From Paragordius varius (Eukaryota; Animalia; Nematomorpha): a stretch of DNA of 64,000 bases. The stretch is taken from contig OZ176053.1 in assembly GCA_964247055.1 (NCBI GenBank), positions 7,130,001-7,194,000 on the forward strand. Reading direction: 5' to 3'. Every line of letters starts with the position of its first letter. Within the stretch, counting starts at the first letter, position 1. Shown here piece by piece: positions 38,869 to 50,183 of the stretch. The notes below the pieces were generated by a model, which was not told the origin of the DNA, did no database searches, and worked only from the letters and a program-made list of their open reading frames with translations. The translations under genes were made by a program, and so were the position numbers.

Positions 38869-39420
38869 GATATGGTGCGTCAGTTGGGTTTTAAGTTGGT
38901 TAAAATGCCGCCACATTTTGACTAACTCCCTGGTTACAAAGGAAAATCGCAAACCGCCAAATATTCTAGTAATTATAGTCAAAAAGATATGGTGAGTCAG
39001 TTGGGTTTTAAGTTGGTAAAATGCCGCCACATTTTGACTAACTCCCTGGTTACAAAGGAAAATCGCAAACCGCCAAATATTCTAGTAATTATAGTCAAAA
39101 AGATATGGTGAGTCAGTTGGGTTTTAAGTTGGTTAAAATGCCGCCACATTTTGACTAACTCCCTGGTTACAAAGGAAAATCGCAAACCGCCAAATATTCT
39201 AGTAATTATAGTCAAAAAGATATGGTGAGTCAGTTGGGTTTTAAGTTGGTTAAAATGCCGCCACATTTTGACTAACTCCCTGGTTACAAAGGAAAATCGC
39301 AAACCGCCAAATATTCTAGTAATTAGAGACAAAAAGATATGGTGAGTCAGTTGGGTTTTAAGTTGGTTAAAATGCCGCCATATTTTGACTAACTCCCTGG
39401 TTACAAAGGAAAATCGAAAA
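38869..39420. repeat. 117-bp tandem minisatellite, about 4.7 units
   Basis: Unit starts at 38869, 38986, 39102, 39219 and 39336. Confidence 0.95.
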
Positions 39421-39699
39421 GAGAAATGCAATTAAACAGCCAAATATGGAGCTATCCATAACAGAAAAATCCGAATTACCGCCAAATTTGGATAATTCAG
39501 TAGTTACACAAAAAGAATAACTTCAGAAAAATTACAATTTAATTTATTGCAGATACTTTCCCCTTACCAAAACAATCTATAGATCAAATTATAAATAAAT
39601 GAAGATCATATTTTACTTACTAATTTAACATGTGTAGAACGTTTCACTTTATTAAATACGTTAAATATTTTGTAGCAAAATAAAAATAACTGTGTATAT

Positions 39700-42600
39700 A
39701 AGAGGGTCAAAAATTAGATCAATTTTTCGTGGACACAAACGCAGGTACACTTACAAAACACTTTATAATATACCTAGTTGATATTGTTAATTGTATTTTC
39801 AAGAAAAACAGTTAGTAATAATTCAAGTATTGTGATATTACACAAACATGTACAGGAAAAAATTTCTCTAGACAGCCTTAATTAAAAAAAAATTTGGCCG
39901 ATATTTTTTATACATTCAGGGAATTTTAGCTGCAAAAGACATGAGGACAAGCGACAACAATTGCAGGACGTTATTTCTCGCTTAGGCAGGAACGTCGGTC
40001 AAAAAAGAACTTATTTTTTCAAATTCGCGCGACAATATCATCTGACCAGATATCATTGAAGCCGGCAGAAAATTTAAGAATCGAATGGGACGAATATAGC
40101 CCAGGCCAGATTTGATTCGTAAAACTTCATCGAAAACAGAATGTAACATTAAATTTTTTTACGAGTCAACCTACGTAAAATACAACTTCAAGCTTAACGT
40201 AGAGGGAAAAATGCTCGACGCTTTCATTGCAGGCATGGGAGTCAAAAAATTAGAATTAGATCTGTATAGCAGATTCCCCAACGCCATGTGGGAAAACGAA
40301 CCCTAACCCTAAAACAAGTGAACATTGCTCTCAATTATGAATAGGCACCTCAATTAGCACTAATCGATGGCAACATGTTACGACAACAGCTGGGAAATAT
40401 CAGAACAAGTATCGATTCTGCCGTTTAGGTCATGACTGGAATGACCTCCAACTATACTGTAAGAAAAAAATGATTGCAATCTTCAGCACATCGAATGTGA
40501 AGCCACCCCTAAGATAACATTAATAATTAATTGTAAGCCAATACGCATGATTATGGACACAGGTTCAAGTTTTTCCATAATACTTCGAAATAAGGTTTCA
40601 CAGCACCCCATTATTTGTATTTTCTGTTACCTAATAGCATGGAAAGGCTAAAACAAAAAAATGAGGATGCCAATAAGATTTTTTAATTTTAATAAAAACA
40701 ATTATTCATCGTGTACACATATTTCAATATTTAAACGAGCAAGTCAATACAAGTGGTATTTCAGAGCCAGGTATTTTCATTATAATTTTAAAATAAAAAT
40801 CCAAAAATGATTCAAATATAGCAGACCCAGTAAACTAAACCACAGAAGATTTTTTTAACGAAGACTCTACAAAAAATATTATTGATGATCCATATAATTT
40901 TATCTAAAAATGTCAGCGATCTTTATATTAAAAAATATAAACTGCTTAAAATTGCTGCTGTAGGTTTGTTATTTCTTTGACGCACTACGTCTTATCGAGC
41001 GGGCTTGATTCGATAGAAATAGACATTCAATAAATAAATATTCAATTTATTGAATATAATTAAAATTCTATTTATTAAATAAAAGATACGAAGATATAGA
41101 ATTAATGCTAAGAGCCAAATTATTAAAAATCAAAAATATTAAAAATCTAAATTCACAGAATAGAGTTAGACAATTTTGACCATTAAATTGGATAAGAAGA
41201 TAAGATAAGAAGTGGTCATATCAATATGGTAGGAAATCTATTCAGGTAATAAAAGTGGCCGCCCAACATCCATCTGAAATTCAAATTATACCGCATCCAA
41301 TGATTTTCAAAATAATTAATATCCACTAGGTATAAATATCAGGATTTTTAGTAAGAATCAACCGACAAGAAAAACCCTAATAAATAGTGCAAAAAAATAA
41401 AACTAACAAATTAAATAAAGCCTCTGTAAAAGCCGAAAGATGAAACTACCAAACACCGCTTTAGTACGTGTTTAAAATTAGCTTTAAAAAAATCTCCCTG
41501 ATATTTAAATGACATATTATTTAAAAGATAAAGTTTAAAACGCTTTATGATACCAATTATTTAATATACCTTTTTATAATAAAGCTAAATTTCATTTTCT
41601 GTCATTTTCTTCTTGTTCAATAATTGAAAAACCTGTAATATCCTGATTAGGGGGGTCAAAGTTTTTTTCAACGCTGAAATTAATCAAAACTTAAAAATTT
41701 GAATGGTGGTGCTCAAAAAAGTCCAAATTTATGGATTTTGTAACAGATGTCTCGAATATAACGGAATTGTGTTGCTCCACGCAGGGCATAAATAAACCTA
41801 TTGCCTACGCATCAAGAAAGTGGTCAAACCCGACGAAAAATATTCAGTGATGAAAAGGGAGCACAGCCATACTTTCCGCTTAAGAATAAAACGTTTATTA
41901 CGGGGAAGAAGTTTGAACTGTGTATTGAGCGCAAACCACTAATAAAGCGGTTTGGAAATAATTGAAACTAGACCAATTAATCATTCCAAGCTACTACGTT
42001 GGATATATAAAGCTACCGTTACAATCTACGGTGCCTTAAAGCCACGAAAATGCAGATCCATTGTCCCGCATGCTGACGAATCACAACACTAAGACATTGA
42101 AGGTCTTCAAACAGCAGACCATGCAAGGTTTGACAATAGTAGTGTATTCAACATTATCGTGACCATATTAGAAGCCAGACCGAAACCAACCCAAACTTAA
42201 AATACGTAATAATTGCACTAAGACCAAACAACTGGTTCAATAAAATAATACACCCATTCCAAAGTTTTAGAAATATTGAAAATATTTACGGGTTATATTG
42301 GCATGATAGATTAATACCAGAATCTCATAGTGTAATTATTTTATAAAACACGTCGGACACGCGGGGTCCAAAGCAATATACGAACAAGCAAGATAAATAG
42401 TCATTTAGCATAACATGGAGACATAAAAAAGTGGGTTGATACGTGTAAAAAATGTCAAGAAAACCGTCCGATGCGCAAAACTGAATTTCCATACATATGG
42501 AATATTAATACAGCAATATTGGAGAGATTACATCTAGATATAAGGCCCGATCAAGTTTTATTGGATAGTTCTTATTGACAGTTAATCTCGATGAGTCGAA

Positions 42601-43350
42601 GCTAAACTTGATATCGATCAAAAATATCTTAAATTTCCTAGACAAATGTTTCAGTCGATTTGGATGTCCTAGAATAATAGTAACCGATATAACGCGTCTT
42701 ACTTTTCTCTCAGGAGTTTAAAAAATTCATGGAATCGGAAAACATTAAACATGTAACATTAGTTTCCTATCATCCAAAACCGAACAGAATGGTAGAAAGA
42801 GTAGTATATACCCTAAAAAAACATTACCGGTCAGCAGAAAACTGTGATCCACAATCAAAAATAAATAACATGCTTTGGGGATTCCGCCTTAACTGCTAAT
42901 ATACCTGTCCCCACAACTTTTATTAAAACGTATACCCCCCCCCCCTCCATCCAATCACATGCTAGAATATAAACAAACAGACTTATTAGACAATGCACAA
43001 CCGAAACACTAATACCATGAAAACGAAAAATATTTATAAATAATGAACTAGTGAATGATTGGCGAGAAGGATTTTGAATAAACGACTTAAATTACTCTCA
43101 TACGAAATACAAGATGGTAACAATATCATCCGAAAACACGCCGATCAATTAAGATCAAGGGAGAGAGGTGAAAGAAAGGGATATATCAGTTTCAGGGAAA
43201 AATGATGCTAAATTAAATCCTACTTTCGACACAAACGCACTATACAAGCGCTTATAACACTTTATGATGCACGTAGTCAATATTGTTAATTGAATCTTCA
43301 AGCAAGATAGTTGTTCTATTGTGAGATTACACATACATGTTTGATTTTAA
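39700..43350 (+). mobile_element. gypsy family 2, old decayed element with both LTR remnants; RT replaced by a Tc1-like insertion
   Basis: LTR-like match of 39728-39850 with 43227-43345; gag remnant 39930-40550; RNase H KPIAYASR at 41745-41960; integrase KKWVDTCKKCQ, ERLHLD and IIVTD at 42330-42850; IRKHADQLR, then PPT AAGGGAGAGAGG (43157-43168) followed by TG. Confidence 0.8.
40581..41740 (+). mobile_element. Tc1-like element, inverted copy of 26319-27458, nested in gypsy family 2
   Basis: Both ends and internal blocks match the reverse complement of 26319-27458. Confidence 0.65.
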
Positions 43351-43559
43351 TATCGAATATTTCTTTGTAAAATACTTCAAACTCCATTAGAGGGTTAGCT
43401 CATTTTTCATTATAATTAAAGTAAAGTCTGTTTCTTATTTGTACACAATGTATAATTTTTCACAATTGATTGCGTTGCCATTTCGAGCATACAAAATTAA
43501 AAAACATAAAAAACGATTTAATTAAATTTTTTTATTAATTATGCGCACAAATTTTCGAA

Positions 43560-44250
43560 AAACTTAGCGACAATGAAATGAACTTGTGCTGACCAAGTCA
43601 TGACCTGGTCAATTGACCGGGTCATGATTAGGTCAGGGACTATTTATTTTTTGACCATGGTCATTTAAAAAACAGCTGTTTTTTAAAAAAATGTTTGTAA
43701 ATTTTTTTGGAAGAATGATACTAAAATTTATTGTTATTTAATATATTTATTAAAAAATATAAATTTTTAAATATGCTTATTAAACATATATTAAAAATCC
43801 TTAAACAGGCATCCTTATAACATTAGCATATATCAAAAGATAAATCAAGCACTGAAGATATGTAATTATTCCATATATGACCAATAAAATGAAAAAACTT
43901 CTAATTAGCTATTTCAATGATGAAAGAAAGTGTATAGATAATATTTTAAATATCCAGTATTAAAGCTATGTATTTGAAGATTCAGACGGCCACAAACATG
44001 TGACAAAAATCAGTTGAAAAACAAAGTTTTTGATTAAATTTGATTGAAAATATATGTTAATAATAAATATCAAAAAAATGTTTAATACAAACTTTTAAGA
44101 ACATAACATTATTAGTGAAACGCAAGTGTCGTTCGAACATTATTTTCACAATCTCCAATATCGCATGATATTTACTTAAGTAAAAAGTGGTCACGACCGT
44201 GGTCATGACCAAGGTCTGACTGGGTCTGACCGGACTTTTTTGAAAAAGCA
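43560..44250. repeat. interspersed repeat homologous to 4020-4630
   Basis: Shared GGTCATGACC-rich ends and body (GAAGATTCAGA, CACAAACATGTG, TATCGCATGATA). Confidence 0.75.
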
Positions 44251-46419
44251 GTCAAATTTACTACCCTACTACCGAGATACTATTTTTATTTTACATTAGA
44301 AACATAAATAAACCCAAAAGTCGTATATGAATTCGTTTTTGGTTATTTGTTATGCCTTCTTGATAAAAATGATTTATGAAACATAAATAAATATTATAAT
44401 TAAAATCTTCTATATAAATAAACCCAAGAACAATGTAATATGGTAATATAATTTTTACAAAGTTTAAATCGGATTAAGTCAAACTTTTTATTATAGCCAT
44501 GTCGAGCTGAATTTAAACTAGAATAAATGAAAAGATAAAATTTGATATATATAAATATATTTTAAATATTGATATCCTGCAGTAAGATACATACCTATTG
44601 ATATGAAATAACCGTGATCAGACTCTTCGCATGAATGGCATAAATAACCGATTTAAGACTGATAACACTAGACAACAAATTTTGACTTTTTTAACTGCCA
44701 TTCTTGTAATTTAAAATTTATTTTATTAAGGTACATAAATTATATATCTGGAAAAATATTGGTCTAACACTTAATTTTATATTATAGTTTATCGATAATT
44801 TTTGGCCCCAATTCAACATTCAATTCGAAATTTCGAAAATTAAATAAGTTTTAGATCCATGTATTTAATATCATTCGAAAGAGCGTGAAAAACTGTATCC
44901 TCCAAATGGTAGTAAATTATTTTTAATTAATCAGATGTAAAATTGATATGGTCGAAATTTTCAGCCCTGTAAACAAGTCAAAAGTTTTCACAGACAAACT
45001 ATTAATTTTAATATTATTGGATATTGTTTACGCTGAAGTGTGATTATATTATTATATATGGAATAATTCAGCAAAAATAATATAAATTTATTATAATATT
45101 TCGATTACTACAAGTAATCTTTGTCAAACGTAAAATATGGTTATATTAATATTTAATTAAAAAAAAGTCTTTGAAAAAGCTTTTGGTTTGCTTTATTATA
45201 AAATTATTATTATCTTAATTATTTTACCTGGTGGATACTAAAATGCATAGATATAACTGTAAATTTATTGCATAATGGCCATAAAAGATCAAAATACCTT
45301 AAACTTGGTTCTTGTTTTTAAAATTTTGAAATTATAAGCTTTAAAGAAAATAATTGATGAGATGGTAATTTTTTAAAAAACTAAACACTTAATGGCTGTT
45401 TTGAGTATAAAAGCAATAAAAAAATGTTTTAATCATTAAAACTCTCTTGTGTTTTCTTTTTTGGACTCACCATATATACAAAGTTTGATTTATTTACATC
45501 CATTAGTTTTAAAAATATATTAAATAAAAAAACGCTCTCGTTTCGTGCGTTTGTCGCTCTCTATGCCCAATATTAATAATAGATAAAACATTTTAAACAT
45601 TTTATAGAGTTGTTTTACTCTTTCGAATGATATATTACAACTGGGCATTTCTTGCATATTTTTTGAAGGAAAACATTTTTTAGTAAAATTTTGATAAAGA
45701 GGGTGCATAATCAAAAAAATCAATTTATACGACTTAGGTGAAGATATAATTTTTATTCAGATTTACTGTTAAAATGATGGCAAATGACAGAAAATGCAAA
45801 CTCGAGTGGCAGAAAAATATACTGTCCATTGTATAATCTCGTAAAAGGGTGTTCGTAGACCTTTATAGGGTATTGAGTGCCTTAAAATAGTAAAATGGTT
45901 TTGCGATATACAATTCAAGTATACACTATAACAGCTAATGCTATGGAAAAATTGATATCTGAAAAGATGATTGGTAAAATCATTCTTATCGTGTATGGCT
46001 TTCAATATACATAACGGATAAAATATACATTAAGTATCATTACACGAGACAACAAATTTTTCTGCCACAGTTTTTTACATTCTCTTATATTTAATATCAT
46101 TTCAACAGTAAATCTGAAATAATAATAATTCCATTTAAGAAATTATATAATTTAATTATTTATTATTATGCGCTCTCTTTATCAAATTTAATTTAAAATG
46201 TTTTTGTTTTGAAAATATGCAACAAATCCCATTTGTAATATATCATTCGGAAGGGTAATGAAAATTCTTAAAAATACATGTAATATGTTTCGATAGTTAA
46301 TATTGGACATAGGAAGCGACAGCGCGCGCAGTGAGAGCGTTATTTTAATCAATGATTGAAAATAACTGAAAGATAGCAATTAATATCTAAAAAGATAACA
46401 CGATAATTTTTTTGATTTT

Positions 46420-46975
46420 TCGCTTTTATGTCATTCAAAACAGCCATTTTAACCAAACAACTGGTCCAATAAAATATTACACCCATTCCAAAATTTTAGA
46501 AATGAAATTGAAAATACTTACGGGTTATTATATTGGCATGATAGATTAATACCTGAATCTCAGGAAGTAATATTTTACAATACACGTCGGACACTCGGGG
46601 TTTAAAGCAATGTACGAACAAGCAAGACAAATAGTTTGGCATAACATGGAAAGCGGCATAAAAGTGGGTAGATACGTGTAAAAATATCAAGAAAACCGTT
46701 TGATGCGAAAAAAATCCTACATAAAATTGGATCACTTATAGAGCAATATGGGATAGATTACAAATAGATATACCAGGCCCGATTGAAAATATTTATTGGA
46801 TAGCTATCTTAAACAATTATTCGCTGGTCGAAATTAAACTATCGAAATAGACATCGACCAAAATTATCTCAAATCTAGACGAATGTTTCAGTCGATTTTA
46901 TCCAAGAATGATAGTAACCGACAACGCCTTTTTTTACATCCAAAGAGTTTCAAAAATTTATGGAAATAGGAAACA
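46420..46975 (+). pseudogene. second gypsy-2 integrase fragment
   Basis: Direct, diverged copy of ~42200-42750. Confidence 0.8.
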
Positions 46976-47694
46976 AAAGTCACGCTATATCGCTATGATG
47001 GCGTAGTTGTTGGCGGGTAGCCCCTACCCAGAGGCCAATATAAAAATGTAGTTCGATAAAAAAATTTGCCTTTATAGAGGAATATTTGAAATATATCATT
47101 TATTTCTTATGTTTTTAATAGTTTGTGGAAGCTTTAAAAGTAAATAATAGTTCAATGATAGCGCATTTTTAGGGCGTAAAGAGCTTAATTAACGGCTAAT
47201 TTTAAAAGACTGTCCGACCTAAATTTTTGCATTGTTACGGGTAAGATTTTAAGCACCCATTTAACTCATGTGTCCTGATAGATTTTCTGAATTTAAGCCA
47301 CAAAGGCACGCTATTTTGATATCAGTTTTTGGCGGATATCTCCTTACCCAGCAGCCAATATAAAGAAACGCACGACTAAAACTTTTACCTTAATAGGGAA
47401 TATATAGAAACCTCATAGAATTTTTACGTTCTCATACCTTTGGCAAAAAAATAGAATCAAGAAATTATTTTTGTGGACTTATAAATGGCATTTTATGGGG
47501 GGAGCGGTAAGAGGGCTTAAATTAAAAAGGCGAGCCAAATATGTTCAGCACATCAAAAATAAGTAAAAAATCATTTAAAATCGAATGGTCCAACACTTTT
47601 TCCGGAAAATATCTCAAAAACACGATTTTCGTGGACTTCTGTTTTCAAAAAAACAGTTTATACACGGGATGGGCCCGAACTTGGGGCCTATTAA

Positions 47695-48262
47695 GATTCA
47701 AATTGGGGTATCTAAATACCCCAGACTAAATTTAAATTAATATTTTAAAAAAACTACTAAAGGAAACAGTCCCAATTTAAATTTATGTTTCTATCCTGAT
47801 AAAAATTATATAAATATGCCAAAATATATTGATAAAATCGTTTTATAATAAATGTTCTATCTCAAACTACTTCGACGCCATTTTTATTTTACAAAACTTT
47901 TGCAAAATATCGTCTTTATTTAAATTTAATGGTAAAACTAAAGCTATTTTTTTATAATTTACATCTAACATTGATAGAAATGGAAAAGGCGGTTTTTTGT
48001 TATATTTCTTTTTTTTACTATGTGACACATGTCACGTTGACCAAATTTTTACTTTTCGGTTTTAGCTTAAAATAAGTAATATCAAATATTTTTGAATAAA
48101 ATTTTTATATAGTTCGGTTTATTAATGTTATATAAGTGCAAATTTTGAATTGGTTTATATTTCTTCCATACTTTTTGAAGTATTTGATTTTAAACAGGCC
48201 TAGGGTATCCAACTATCCCAATTTGAATCGGAAGACTAAAATGAGTGTGTTGTATCCAAGTG
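47695..48262 (+). mobile_element. piggyBac-like MITE
   Basis: Inner inverted repeats containing GGGGTATCTAAATACCCC and GGGTATCCAACTATCCC; right end CCAAGTG followed by TTAA (48263-48266). Confidence 0.6.
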
Positions 48263-49654
48263 TTAAAAAATGCGAAATTGTCCGGGTATTAATTTGTGAT
48301 TATATTTTTTCGACATTTGGATTTGATTGGGTTCACCCGTTTTGCGGAAACAGATCACAAAGCCACCATTTTCTATTTATATATATATAACATATAGATT
48401 TGGATTTGAAGAAAATACTTTAATGACTATTCTGAGGTAATAGATATGTTGAATATCTTTGAATTGTATATATAAGGGATTTTATAATATCTTCTAGCAT
48501 TTATGAATTATGTTTCAACAAAATTTTGCTAAAAATTAAATATTTGTAATAGCATACATTTTTTAAAAAATATTTTTAGTTTATATCAAAATACAAATTT
48601 TAAAAAAATTTTCTCACAATTCCTCCATTTTTATATTTATTGAAAAAACTAATTTAGATGACGCGAAAAAATTTGGGACTTTTGGCACATCTAAAAATTC
48701 AAATATTTTAAAATGTTGTTTTGCTTCTTATCGGCATTTTATAATATAAAGTGTTGTTAAAATGAAGCATGTAGCTTTCACCAAAAAATATAATTGCAAA
48801 AAATGTGCTTACATTTTGCCATTTTATGCGGACATACCACAAAAGTGCAAATAGCTTTTTAATATCAGTTGTAAGCCCAAAACCAAAAGCTAATCGAAGT
48901 CCTGAGATATTTTACCAACAGAATATATAATCAGGTTATTTTTGTGGAGAAAGTGTTACGAAAAATTTAAAAATATGCGTAGTTTATCTTTTTGGGCGCA
49001 TTAAACAAATTTTCAATATTATGGCTAAAAAATGTAAGCGATTTTTTTAGTTAACTTCCAAAAATCTACCCCCCATATTTTGATAAATATTGATTTAAAT
49101 ATAAATGTTCGTTTTCTTGTTTCGGAGCTACAAAACTATCGGATGAAATGAGAAAACTGTAATAAATAAGATATTTTTATTACATTGAAACAATGCCTTT
49201 TATATTTATGATTCTATCCTAAAAATATATAAATAAGCCCAATCTAAATAAAATTTAGTTTTGGTGTTTCGTATCAAACTAATTCGACGCCATTGTATTT
49301 TAACATTTTTCCAAAATATTGCGTTATTTGATTCTAAGGCTAAAACTAATACTTTTTAATTAAAATCACAATTTACATTAATATTAACAGAAAAAGTGGT
49401 ACCTATATTATTTATATATTTATCTTATGCACACAACTCATGTTAGCCAGTTTTCTTTGGGTTTTACCTTTATATAAAATAAATCAAGTATTTTTGAATA
49501 AATATGTTATAATTCGATTCACTAATGTTATATTAGTGCCACCTTTAGCCATGGTTTTAATTCATTCCATGTTTTTTGAGGTAATAGGCTTGGGGTATAA
49601 AACGACCCCAAATTGAATAGAATGAATGAAATGAATTGTAAAATCTACAATTAA

Positions 49655-50150
49655 CACTTCGATTAAAATTGGGGTATCTACACACCCAGACAAAAATAGT
49701 TTTTTTCTATCTATATAAATATGCCAAAATATTTAAATAAAATTTTGTTTTAATAAAAAGTTCCATGTCAAACTACTTCGACGCCATTTTTATTTTACGA
49801 AATTTTTTTTTATTTAATTTTAAAGGTAAATTAAAGCTAATTTTTTATTTAAATTACATTTAACATTGATAGAAATGGAAAAAGCGGTTTATTTTGTATT
49901 ATTTAATTTTACCATTGCACAATTATCTCGTTGACTAAATTTTTACCTTTCGGTTTTAGCTTAAAATAAGTAATATCAAGCAACTATTTTTGAATTTTTT
50001 TTTATATATTTCAATTATAAATATTATTTAAGTGCAAAATTTTGCCATGGTTTTGATTTCTTCCATATTTTTTAAAAAATTTAATTTTTAATAGGTCTGG
50101 GGTATTTAACTACCCCAATTCGAATCAAAGGACTAAAATGGATGTGAACC
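49655..50150 (+). mobile_element. piggyBac-like MITE immediately upstream of RPC7
   Basis: Left end TTAA|CACTT; ~35-bp inner inverted repeat (49660-49692 with 50095-50128); right tip decayed. Confidence 0.6.
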
Positions 50151-50183
50151 CAACTCCTGTATGTTTTAAAACATTTGAAAAGC

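Noticed and set aside
46220-46335. Possible hAT dimerization-domain remnant (PICNISFGRV...LILDIGSDSAR)
   Set aside because: The similarity is too weak to call without a search.
47010-47440. ~110-bp direct repeat (47010-47120 and 47330-47440)
   Set aside because: Probably subterminal repeats of another decayed TE; no ends or ORF to support a call.
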